NCBI GenBank assembly: GCA_017451975.1
Contig: JAFTNI010000218.1
Coordinates: forward strand, 1-37,642
Direction of reading: 5' to 3'
DNA length: 37,642 nucleotides
Origin: Clostridia bacterium
GTDB lineage: Bacteria > Bacillota > Clostridia > Oscillospirales > CAG-272
Below the pieces are notes generated by a model that had not been told where the DNA came from, did no database searches, and worked only from the letters and a program-made list of their open reading frames with translations. How positions within the stretch are numbered: the first letter of the stretch is position 1; the number at the start of each line of letters is the position of its first letter. This document shows positions 1-8,250 of the stretch, one piece after another. A program made the position numbers and the translations under genes.

Positions 1-2
1 AT

Positions 3-389
3 TATTCGGTTGGAGATAAAATCGAAATATTATACGATCCTCAAAACCCCGGCATAATTGCATCACGGCATTTTGCTGTTGCCGGATATTTTTGTTTTGT
101 ATTGGGTGTGTTTTTTCTTGGCGTGTTGCTGCTGCCATTAGGCTATATGATAAAGCATAAGCGCGAATTTCTGGTTACGCAGGAAGGATACGAAAAAGAG
201 GGGGAAGAGATTAAAAAGAGCAAAGCGAAAGCGAAAAAGCAAAAGGAACGAATAAAAGCGGAAAAAAGAAAAAAATACGCAAAGGCGAGAAAGGTATTTA
301 AGGTTATATTTATAGCACTCGCCGTGCTGCTTGGTGCATTTATCCTTTTTCTTTTGTTTGGCGCACTGCTTATGGCTTTAGGATATTAA
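3..389 (+). CDS. DUF3592-like small membrane protein, 5' end cut by window edge
   Basis: The frame of the 102..389 ORF stays open back to nt 3 (YSVGDKIEILYDPQNPGIIA...), which resembles the DUF3592 core. Two hydrophobic helices flank a Lys-rich segment. A terminator follows. Confidence 0.55.
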   Translation, partial: YSVGDKIEILYDPQNPGIIASRHFAVAGYFCFVLGVFFLGVLLLPLGYMIKHKREFLVTQEGYEKEGEEIKKSKAKAKKQKERIKAEKRKKYAKARKVFKVIFIALAVLLGAFILFLLFGALLMALGY

Positions 390-390
390 A

Positions 391-418
391 AAACGAGAGG
401 TTTGCCTCTCGTTTTTTT
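391..418 (+). terminator. Rho-independent terminator
   Basis: aaacgagagg-tttg-cctctcgttt: 10-bp stem followed by a T-run. Confidence 0.8.
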
Positions 419-448
419 CTTTGAGAGAAAAAGTTGATATGGAAAAAT

Positions 449-481
449 AAAAAGGGATGTCTTTGTGTGACATCCCTTTTT
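449..481 (-). terminator. Rho-independent terminator of the icd-containing operon
   Basis: aaagggatgtc/gacatcccttt: 11-bp stem. On the minus strand it is followed by tttttattttt, just past the stop codon at 487. Confidence 0.8.
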
Positions 482-486
482 CTATA

Positions 487-1662
487 TTAAAGTGCTTTGA
501 GCGTTTCCATTACGTAGTTGCCGAATTCTTCGCAGGTTGCACCTGTATCTCTGCCCGTGATTGTAAGCTTCTTTTCTTCGAAGCAGCAGATATCGAGCGC
601 GCGCGCAAGCTTATCTGCTTTATCCTGCAAGCCGATGTGGGAAAGGAGCATTACGCAGCCGCGGAGCATGGAGCAGGGGTCTGCGTACTGTGCGCGGCCT
701 TCCTTAACCATTCTGGGCGCAGAGCCGTGAATTGCTTCGAACATAGCGTACTTTTTGCCGATGTTCGCGCAGCCTGCCGTGCCAACGCCGCCCTGGAACT
801 CTGCCGCTTCATCGGAGATGATGTCGCCGTAGAGGTTGGGAGCAACGAGAACCTTGAAGTCGCGGCGGCGCTTCGGGTCAACGAGCTTCGCCGTGATAAT
901 GTCTGCATACCATTCGTCTGTTACGATTTCGGGGTATTCTGCCGCTACCTTGTGGCAATCTTCAAGGAAGTTGCCGTCTGTCGTTTTAATAACGTTTGCT
1001 TTGGAAATAAGGGAAACTCTGCCGTAGCCGTTCTTTCTTGCGTAATCGTAAGCAAGGCGGGCAATTCTGTCAGAGCCCTGCTTCGTTGTGATAACAAAGT
1101 CAACTGCGAGGTCGTCGGTTACGTTGAAGCCCTCTTTACCAACGGCGTAGCCGCCTTCCGTGTTTTCGCGGAAGATTGTCCAGTCGATGCCCTCTGCGGG
1201 AACCTTAACGGGGCGGATGTTTGCGAAGAGGTCGAGCGCCTTTCTCATTGCAACGTTTGCGCTTTCGATATTGGGCATACCGTCGCCCTTCTGGGGTGTT
1301 GTTGTGGGGCCCTTGAGAATGATTTCGCAGGATTTAAGCTCTGCCATAACGTCGTCGGGTATAGCTTTGCCGCAAGCAATGCGGTTTTCGATTGTAAGAC
1401 CGTCGATATTTACAAATTCAACCTTGCCTGCCGCAACCATATCTGCAAGCATGAATTCAAGCACGCGTCTTGCCTCTGCCGTAATTGTGGGGCCGATGCC
1501 GTCGCCGCCGCAAACACCGATGCGGATTTTATCGAGAGCGTTGTAATCTACGAAATCGCCTTGAGATTTCATATCTTCAATTCTAACAAGCTGCTTTTCA
1601 AGAATTTTTCTGAATTTTTCGCAAGCAGCGTCGAGCTGTGCATTTACTGTCATATCTGCCAT
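487..1662 (-). CDS. icd: isocitrate dehydrogenase (isocitrate/isopropylmalate dehydrogenase family)
   Basis: 391 aa with family motifs (IRENTEGgY-like FRENTEGGYA, NLYGDIISDEAA, GSAP). AAGGAGAA RBS. Lies directly downstream of aconitase. Confidence 0.85.
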   Translation of the reverse strand: MADMTVNAQLDAACEKFRKILEKQLVRIEDMKSQGDFVDYNALDKIRIGVCGGDGIGPTITAEARRVLEFMLADMVAAGKVEFVNIDGLTIENRIACGKAIPDDVMAELKSCEIILKGPTTTPQKGDGMPNIESANVAMRKALDLFANIRPVKVPAEGIDWTIFRENTEGGYAVGKEGFNVTDDLAVDFVITTKQGSDRIARLAYDYARKNGYGRVSLISKANVIKTTDGNFLEDCHKVAAEYPEIVTDEWYADIITAKLVDPKRRRDFKVLVAPNLYGDIISDEAAEFQGGVGTAGCANIGKKYAMFEAIHGSAPRMVKEGRAQYADPCSMLRGCVMLLSHIGLQDKADKLARALDICCFEEKKLTITGRDTGATCEEFGNYVMETLKAL

Positions 1663-1665
1663 TTT

Positions 1666-3600
1666 TTAGTTCTCCTTGTCTTTCGTGTAGTTGAGAAGGC
1701 CGCCTGCGAGGAGTATTTCTCTCTGGCGAGCCGTTGCGGCGAGAACGAGTGTAACCTCTGCGCCGTTTGTTTTGTCTACGAGCGTGAGCTCTTCTTTTTC
1801 GGCTATGCCGTCTGCAAAGCCTTTGATTTCTATATCGTCACCCTGCGCGATCTTTTCGAAATCGTCGGGGTTTTTGAACGTGAGGGGGATAATGCCGAAG
1901 TTTATAAGGTTTGCCATGTGAATGCGCGCAAAGCTCTTTGCTACAACTGCTTTTATGCCGAGGTAAAGCGGAACGAGCGCCGCGTGCTCACGGGAAGAGC
2001 CCTGGCCGTAGTTTGCGCCGCCAACGATAATGCCGCCGCCGAGCGCCTTTGCTCTTTCGGGGAACTCTTTATCGCAAACGGTAAAGCAGAACTCGGAAAG
2101 CTTCGGAACGTTGGAACGGTAGGGGAGTATTTTTGTGCCCGCGGGCATGATGTGGTCTGTGGTGATATTATCGCCAACCTTGAGCACCGTTTTGCAAGCG
2201 AGGTCGCAAGCGGGGCGAACGCCCTTGGGAATGGGTTTTATATTGGGGCCGCGTTCAACATCTACGCTCGCCGCTTCTTCGGGGCTTGCGGGCATTTCAA
2301 TGAGGTTATCGTTAACCTTCATAACCTCGGGCAGCGCGATTTCGGGCGCTTTGCCGAGCGTGCGCGGGTCTGTGAACACACCGGTGATAGCGGAAGCCGC
2401 CGCCGTCTGAGGGGAAACGAGGTAAACCTTTGCATCTGCCGTGCCGCTTCTTGCTTCGAAGTTGCGGTTGAACGTACGAAGGCTTACACCTGCAGATTTC
2501 GGGGAGAAGCCCATACCGATGCAGGGGCCGCAGGCGCACTCGAGAATTCTTGCGCCAGCGCTTACCATATCGGTGAGCGCACCGCAATCTGCGAGCATGG
2601 AAAGAACTTCTTTAGAGCCGGGGGAAACAGACATTTCTACGTCGGCGTGAACGGTGTTATCCTTGAGAATAGAGGAAACCGTGAGCATATCGAGCATAGA
2701 GGAGTTTGTGCAGGAGCCAACGCAAACCTGGTCGAGCTTCATGCCTGCAAGCTCGGAAACGGGCTTTACGTTATCGGGGCTGTGGGGGCAAGCCGCCAGG
2801 GGAACGAGCTCGGAAAGGTTTACTGTAAGGTGCTCGTCGTAGCGTACGTCGTCATCGGGGGAAAGGGGAACGAAATCGCATTCTCTCTGCTGAGATTTAA
2901 GGAAAGCGAGCGTAACCTCGTCGGAGGGGAAGATGGAGCTTGTAGCGCCGAGCTCTGCGCCCATGTTTGTTATGGTCGCTCTTTCGGGAACGGAAAGCGT
3001 TTTAACGCCTTCGCCGTAATATTCAACAACCTTGCCAACGCCGCCCTTAACACCGAGCTTGGAAAGTACGTAAAGTATAACGTCCTTCGCGCCTACGAAA
3101 TCGGGGAGCTTGCCTGTAAGCTCAACGCCTATTATCCTGGGCATATTGATGTAGTAAGCGCCGCCGCCCATTGCAACTGCAACATCGAGGCCGCCCGCAC
3201 CCATTGCGAGCATACCGAGGCCGCCCGCCGTGGGCGTGTGGCTATCGGAGCCGATGAGTGTTTTGCCGGGAATGCCGAAGCGCTCGAGGTGAACCTGGTG
3301 GCAAATACCGTTGCCGGGGCGCGAGAAGCGCACGCCGTGCTTTTTTGTAACCGTCTGTATATATCTGTGGTCGTCTGCGTTTTCAAAGCCTGCCTGAAGC
3401 GTATTGTGGTCTATGTAAGCCACGGAAAGCTCTGTTTTAACTCTTTCCGTGCCCATTGCTTCAAACTGGAGGTATGCCATAGTGCCCGTAGCGTCCTGCG
3501 TGAGCGTCTGGTCTATGCGAAGGCCTATTTCCGCGCCGGGTATCATTTCGCCGGAAATAAGGTGGTTTTTGATAATTTTCTGAGCTAAAGTAAGTCCCAT
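1666..3600 (-). CDS. aconitate hydratase (clostridial ~645-aa type)
   Basis: Aconitase catalytic and swivel domain motifs (IGSDSHT, GSCTNS, CGPCIG, ANYGQGSSREHAA). Start chosen at ATG 3600 (GGAAAGGA RBS, 1 nt after the GntR stop). The ORF is open to an alternative ATG at 3621. Confidence 0.9.
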   Translation of the reverse strand: MGLTLAQKIIKNHLISGEMIPGAEIGLRIDQTLTQDATGTMAYLQFEAMGTERVKTELSVAYIDHNTLQAGFENADDHRYIQTVTKKHGVRFSRPGNGICHQVHLERFGIPGKTLIGSDSHTPTAGGLGMLAMGAGGLDVAVAMGGGAYYINMPRIIGVELTGKLPDFVGAKDVILYVLSKLGVKGGVGKVVEYYGEGVKTLSVPERATITNMGAELGATSSIFPSDEVTLAFLKSQQRECDFVPLSPDDDVRYDEHLTVNLSELVPLAACPHSPDNVKPVSELAGMKLDQVCVGSCTNSSMLDMLTVSSILKDNTVHADVEMSVSPGSKEVLSMLADCGALTDMVSAGARILECACGPCIGMGFSPKSAGVSLRTFNRNFEARSGTADAKVYLVSPQTAAASAITGVFTDPRTLGKAPEIALPEVMKVNDNLIEMPASPEEAASVDVERGPNIKPIPKGVRPACDLACKTVLKVGDNITTDHIMPAGTKILPYRSNVPKLSEFCFTVCDKEFPERAKALGGGIIVGGANYGQGSSREHAALVPLYLGIKAVVAKSFARIHMANLINFGIIPLTFKNPDDFEKIAQGDDIEIKGFADGIAEKEELTLVDKTNGAEVTLVLAATARQREILLAGGLLNYTKDKEN

Positions 3601-3601
3601 T

Positions 3602-4270
3602 TTATTTATCCTTTCCGTCATTTGTTATTATTGTAAGTAGGTTTTCGAGCGCGCGCGCAACGTGCTCGCTCATAAGCGCGTCTGCCGCCGCCGCGTCGCC
3701 GCGTACGATAGCATCGTAAATTTCGCGGTGCTCGGCAAGCGAGCGCTCTATTCTGCCGTCTGCCGCCAGCGAAAGCTTGCGGTAGCTTGCTATATATCTG
3801 TGAAGCTCTGAAAGAGTTTTGCCGAGCATTCTGCTTTCGCAGGAGCGATAGATTATATCGTGAAATTCGGAATCGAGGTTTTTTACCTTTTCGATATCGC
3901 CCTTTTCCATATAAAAGCCCGTGAGGTCTACGTTGTCGCAAAGCTCGCGGCAAAATTCCGCGTCGGTCTTTTCTGCGGCTATGCGCGCGGCAAGCCCCTC
4001 AAGCCTCATTCTTATTTTGTATATATCTATCAAGTCCTTTTCGGAAATGCCGAGCACAACGGCGCCTTTGTTCGGTATGAGCTTTATAAGCCCCTCACGG
4101 TCCAGGCGCTGCAGAGCCTCGCGCACGGGCGTGCGGCTTACGCCGAGCTCGCGCGAAAGCTTTGTTTCCGTCACGGCTTCGCCGGGGCGGAGCTTCTGCG
4201 AAATAATTTGTTCTTCAAGTGTTAAATATACTTTTTCTTCAAGGGAAGCGCTTCCGTCCGGTTGAAACAT
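3602..4270 (-). CDS. GntR-family transcriptional regulator (FadR/FCD subfamily)
   Basis: N-terminal winged HTH (LSRELGVSRTPVREALQRLDREGLI) plus an all-helical FCD-like C-terminal domain. Embedded between citrate synthase and aconitase. Confidence 0.85.
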   Translation of the reverse strand: MFQPDGSASLEEKVYLTLEEQIISQKLRPGEAVTETKLSRELGVSRTPVREALQRLDREGLIKLIPNKGAVVLGISEKDLIDIYKIRMRLEGLAARIAAEKTDAEFCRELCDNVDLTGFYMEKGDIEKVKNLDSEFHDIIYRSCESRMLGKTLSELHRYIASYRKLSLAADGRIERSLAEHREIYDAIVRGDAAAADALMSEHVARALENLLTIITNDGKDK

Positions 4271-4288
4271 GGCTTTTCTCCCTTTCGG

Positions 4289-5665
4289 TTATTTGCTTTC
4301 GTTCTGCTTTTCGGAAAGAGAAACGAAAATTTCCTCAAGCTCGTTGTCTGTCATAAGCGTAACGCGGCCGTCTGCGTAAAAGCCGTCGATAGCTTCTTTC
4401 ATTTTTACCACGATTTCGTCGCGCTTTGTAACTCTTTCACTTTCGGGGAGCTTGTAGTGGTTGTTTATCCAGTAGGCGATGCCCGCCGTGCCGGATGTTT
4501 TGGAAATGGAAACGGAAGCGGGAACACCGAGCACCTTTTCCGTATCGAATATATTATAAATTTCCGCATCCTTCATCATACCGTCGGCGTGAATGCCCGC
4601 GCGCGTTACGTTGAAGTTTTCGCCTATAAAGGGTGTCATAGGGGGGATATTGTAGCCGAGCTTTTCTTTATAATACTGTGCTATTTCCGTTATAACCTCG
4701 GGGCGCATACCGTCGAACGTGCCGCGGATAGAAGCGTATTCGATAACCATTGCTTCGAGGGGAACGTTACCCGTGCGCTCGCCTATGCCGAGAAGCGAGC
4801 AGTTAACGGCGGAAGCACCAAAGAGCCAAGCCGTTGTGGCGTTGGTAACGGCTTTATAGAAGTCGTTGTGGCCGTGCCACTCAAGCATTTCGCTGGGCAC
4901 GTTTGCGTAGTGGTGCAAGCCGTATACGATGCCGGGCACGCTTCGGGGAAGTGCAACCTCGCTATAGGGTATGCCGTAGCCCATTGTGTCGCACATACGG
5001 ATTTTAACGGGAATGCCCGCCTCTTCGGAAAGCTCTGTAAGAGCGTTTACGAAGGGAACTACGAAGCCGTAAAAATCGGCGCGGGTAATATCCTCAAGGT
5101 GGCAACGGGGGCGCACGCCTGCTTCGATTGCATCGCGCACAACGGAGAGGTAATGGTTCATGGCCTGCGAGCGCGTCATGCCGAGCTTTTTGAAAATGTG
5201 GTAGTCGGAGCAGGAAACGAGAATACCCGTTTCTTTTATGCCTATATCGCGCACGAGGTTGAAATCGTCCTTCGTGGCTCTTATCCACGTAGTTATTTCA
5301 GGGAATTTATAGCCGAGGTCCATGCAGCGCTCTACCGCTTCGCGGTCTTTTTTGCTGTAAACGAAAAATTCGCTCTGGCGTATAATGCCTTTTTCGCCGC
5401 CCAGCTTGGAAAGCAGCTTATAAAGGTCTACTATCTGCTCTGTGGTATAGGGCGCGCGGGATTGCTGACCGTCGCGGAAGGTTGTGTCTGTTATCCATAT
5501 ATCCTTAGGCATGGAAACGGGCACGCGGCGGTGGTTGAAGGGGATTTTCGGTACGTCTGTATAGGGGTATATATCGCGGTACAGGTTGGGTTCGTCCACA
5601 TCCTGCAGTGAATATTTATATTGAGAAAATTCAAGCAAATTGCTTGCATCGCTTCTTGTAAGCAT
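4289..5665 (-). CDS. Re-face citrate synthase (homocitrate/isopropylmalate synthase-like, HMGL family)
   Basis: DRE-TIM fold motifs (TDTTFRDGQQ, WHGHNDF, GIGERTGN). The Re-citrate synthase assignment rests on synteny with aconitase and icd, as in Clostridium kluyveri-type operons. Confidence 0.7.
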   Translation of the reverse strand: MLTRSDASNLLEFSQYKYSLQDVDEPNLYRDIYPYTDVPKIPFNHRRVPVSMPKDIWITDTTFRDGQQSRAPYTTEQIVDLYKLLSKLGGEKGIIRQSEFFVYSKKDREAVERCMDLGYKFPEITTWIRATKDDFNLVRDIGIKETGILVSCSDYHIFKKLGMTRSQAMNHYLSVVRDAIEAGVRPRCHLEDITRADFYGFVVPFVNALTELSEEAGIPVKIRMCDTMGYGIPYSEVALPRSVPGIVYGLHHYANVPSEMLEWHGHNDFYKAVTNATTAWLFGASAVNCSLLGIGERTGNVPLEAMVIEYASIRGTFDGMRPEVITEIAQYYKEKLGYNIPPMTPFIGENFNVTRAGIHADGMMKDAEIYNIFDTEKVLGVPASVSISKTSGTAGIAYWINNHYKLPESERVTKRDEIVVKMKEAIDGFYADGRVTLMTDNELEEIFVSLSEKQNESK

Positions 5666-5694
5666 TTTTTATCCTCCATAGGGTAGATTGTATG

Positions 5695-5706
5695 ATTGTA
5701 TACAAT
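5695..5706. promoter_or_regulatory. candidate GntR/FadR-type operator
   Basis: Perfect 12-bp palindrome ATTGTATACAAT, matching the t.GT-N-AC.a pattern. It overlaps the -10/+1 region. An adjacent direct repeat GATTGTAT occurs twice. Confidence 0.5.
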
Positions 5707-5733
5707 TATACATTTCAAACCCTACTTTGTCAA
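5705..5733 (-). promoter_or_regulatory. SigA-type promoter of the citrate synthase operon
   Basis: Minus strand reads TTGACA (5733..5728), a 17-nt spacer, then TATAAT (5710..5705). This is about 40 nt upstream of the ATG at 5665. Confidence 0.7.
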
Positions 5734-5748
5734 GAGGGAAATTGTGAA

Positions 5749-5828
5749 CTTTTTTCTCTTTTAGAGAAAAAAGTGAAAGTAACAAAAATATCATTCTCCA
5801 ACTTTTTCTTTTTGAAAAGAAAAAGTTG
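5749..5828. repeat. two A/T-rich perfect hairpins/palindromes (CTTTTTTCTC..GAGAAAAAAG and CAACTTTTTCTTT..AAAGAAAAAGTTG)
   Basis: 10-bp stem at 5749..5773 and 13-bp stem at 5799..5828. The motif AGAAAAAGTTG recurs at 426..436. Confidence 0.6.
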
Positions 5829-6032
5829 CAAAAAGAATCAAAAATACTTGCAGGATTTATCGGCTTTATCAGTTCTGCTGTAAATTAAAGCTTCTTGCGC
5901 TTCTCCGAGTTCGATTTTTGCTTAATAAAAAGTTTTTATGCGATTTTTACAAAAATCAAATGTGAATTTCTGTGTTTTGCATAGGGCAAAAACAGGAAAT
6001 TTTACATATGCGTAAAAAAACAATAATTTTTA

Positions 6033-6061
6033 TTGACAAATGTTTTCCGATGGTGTAAAAT
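6033..6061 (+). promoter_or_regulatory. SigA-type promoter upstream of rpiR-like gene
   Basis: TTGACA, 17-nt spacer, TAAAAT. About 65 nt upstream of the ATG at 6126. Confidence 0.55.
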
Positions 6062-6125
6062 AAAGAAAAATGAAAATTTTTTTCATTTTCGCGATAAAAG
6101 GATTTTACGAAAGCGAGGATATTTG

Positions 6126-6965
6126 ATGAATACCACTATTCTCCAAGCTCAGCTTTTGTATAATGAAATGGGTAAATCCGAAAAAAAGGTGGCAGATTGG
6201 CTTATTTCCCACCCGGGCGATAATTTGCCGATGTCTATTTCCGAGCTTGCAGAGCTTTGTGAAAGCTCGGAATCCACTATAGTGCGTTTTGCCAGAAGGC
6301 TCGGATTTTCGGGCTACAGGGAGCTTAAAATTTCCGTGGCGGGCGAGCAGGAAAAAAAGGTTGTGCTCCCCACTATAGACGAAAACGACTCCTGCTTTGA
6401 AATACTCGAAAAAATATGCAACGATGCATACCTTTCCTTTGAGCGCACAAAACGCACCATTGCCCCCGAAAATATTGCCGCCGCCGCAAACCTTATTGCG
6501 AGCGCGCGCAAAACCGTGCTTATCGGCCTCGGCTCCTCCGCCTCCGTCGCAAATGATGCTGCGAACAAGTTTCTTCGCGCGGGCTACGAAGCCTATTCCT
6601 ATGGCGACACGCATATGCAAATGATAGCCGCCTCACATATGAGGGAGGGCGACGTTATGATAGGCATTTCGCAATCGGGCGCATCGAAGGATATAGTAGA
6701 GGCGCTGAAGTTTGCCAAAAGCCGCGGCATTTCCACAATTTGCATAACCGGCACGGACCGTTCACCCATTATGAAGCAGAGCGATATTGTGCTGCTGACC
6801 GACACAGAGGAAACGAAGCACAGTTCACTTGCGTTAAGCTCCCATCTCTCGCGCCTCGTCGTTATAGACGCTCTTTGCTACTACCTCGTTTACAGAAACG
6901 AGCAGAGCGGCGATGTCGATGGCGAGAACCAGAAAAGTCTTAAATCGAAACGTGTAGACGAATAA
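6126..6965 (+). CDS. RpiR/MurR-family transcriptional regulator (HTH_6 + SIS phosphosugar-binding domain)
   Basis: HTH (ISELAELCESSESTIVRFARRLGFSGYRELK) followed by an SIS domain (VLIGLGSSASVA ... ISQSGASKD). Start moved to ATG 6126, which is preceded by GAGGA. Confidence 0.85.
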   Translation: MNTTILQAQLLYNEMGKSEKKVADWLISHPGDNLPMSISELAELCESSESTIVRFARRLGFSGYRELKISVAGEQEKKVVLPTIDENDSCFEILEKICNDAYLSFERTKRTIAPENIAAAANLIASARKTVLIGLGSSASVANDAANKFLRAGYEAYSYGDTHMQMIAASHMREGDVMIGISQSGASKDIVEALKFAKSRGISTICITGTDRSPIMKQSDIVLLTDTEETKHSSLALSSHLSRLVVIDALCYYLVYRNEQSGDVDGENQKSLKSKRVDE

Positions 6966-7015
6966 GGCTTACTTTACGAAAGCAAGCCTCAACATATAAA
7001 GTGGAGGAATTGTTT

Positions 7016-8227
7016 ATGAAAATTTTGGTTATCAACTCAGGCAGTTCATCGCTTAAATATCAGCTTTTTGATATGACCACGGGCGATGTGCTTGCCAAAG
7101 GCCTTTGCGAACGCATCGGCGGCGAGGTGGGCATTATCACCCACAAGCGCCCCGGTTTCGAGCCGTATAAGGCAGAACCCGTGCTCCCCGACCACGGCGC
7201 CGCGCTTTCACTCGTGCTCGGCATTATTACTGATAAGGAGCTGGGCGTTATTGCAAACATCGACGAAATAGAGGCTGTTGGCCACCGCGTTGCGCACGGC
7301 GGCGAAATGCTCAAGAAATCCTCTCTCATAGGGGAAAAAGAGCTTGAATATCTCTATTCCATCGTGGATATCAACCCCTTGCACGGCCCGCCCGCAATAA
7401 AGGGCATAGAGGCTTGCAAAAAGCTTTTGCCTACAGTGCCGCAGATAGGCGTTTTCGATACGTCTTATTACAGCACTATTCCCGAGCATACTTACATTTG
7501 CCCCCTTCCTTATGAATACTACGAAAAATATAAAATCCGCCGCTACGGCTTCCACGGCACGAGCCACCGTTTTGTAACGGGCGAATGCGCGAAGGTAATG
7601 GGCAAGCCCGCAGAGGAGCTTAAGATAATCACCTGCCATATGGGCAACGGCTCTTCCATTACGGCAACGAAATACGGCAAAGCCATAGATACCTCCATGG
7701 GATTTACGCCCCAGGACGGCGTTATGATGGGCACACGCTCCGGCGCTATAGACCCCTCGGTGCTTACTTATATTATGAAGGCAGAGGGCATTTCTGCGCA
7801 GGAAATGGACGATATCATCAACCGTAAATCAGGTCTTCTCGGCATTTCCGGCGTTTCCAACGACTGCCGCGAAATTTGGGAAGCCGCAAACGCAGGCAAC
7901 AAGCGCGCAGAGCTCGCAATGAAAATGCTTGTAGGCGGTGTTAAAAAGATAGTAGGCTCTTACCTTGCAGAAATGAACGGCGCAGACGCGATAGTGTTTA
8001 CGGCGGGCATAGGCGAAAACGATTACCTCGTTCGCCAGCTTGTATGCGAGGATATGGACTACTGCGGCATAAAGATAGACGTAGAAAAGAACGCAAAAGC
8101 CCCCAAGGGCACGTTTAACGATATTACCGCTCCGGGTGGAAAGGTGAAAATCTTTGTCATTCCCACGGACGAGGAATATATGATAGCAAAAGATACCCAG
8201 ACCATTGCACAAAATCTTGTAAATTAA
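7016..8227 (+). CDS. ackA: acetate/propionate kinase
   Basis: MKILVINSGSSSLKYQLFD, GFHGTSH, and a family-typical length of 403 aa. GGAGGA RBS. The GTG start at 7001 was rejected. Confidence 0.9.
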   Translation: MKILVINSGSSSLKYQLFDMTTGDVLAKGLCERIGGEVGIITHKRPGFEPYKAEPVLPDHGAALSLVLGIITDKELGVIANIDEIEAVGHRVAHGGEMLKKSSLIGEKELEYLYSIVDINPLHGPPAIKGIEACKKLLPTVPQIGVFDTSYYSTIPEHTYICPLPYEYYEKYKIRRYGFHGTSHRFVTGECAKVMGKPAEELKIITCHMGNGSSITATKYGKAIDTSMGFTPQDGVMMGTRSGAIDPSVLTYIMKAEGISAQEMDDIINRKSGLLGISGVSNDCREIWEAANAGNKRAELAMKMLVGGVKKIVGSYLAEMNGADAIVFTAGIGENDYLVRQLVCEDMDYCGIKIDVEKNAKAPKGTFNDITAPGGKVKIFVIPTDEEYMIAKDTQTIAQNLVN

Positions 8228-8250
8228 TTAAATGAAAGGAAATAAAAATC

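Noticed and set aside
457-3588. 1043-aa plus-strand ORF, the longest in the track
   Set aside because: It is the codon-aligned antisense frame of icd and aconitase, both of which have clear family motifs and RBSs. Its translation is Cys/Phe/Ala/Arg-rich with no domain resemblance and no RBS. It is a shadow ORF caused by avoidance of TTA/CTA/TCA codons.
5749-5828. CodY boxes in the citrate synthase / rpiR intergenic region
   Set aside because: The TTTTC/GAAAA half-sites are present, but their spacing and flanks do not match AATTTTCWGAAAATT. The region is kept only as an unexplained palindrome family.
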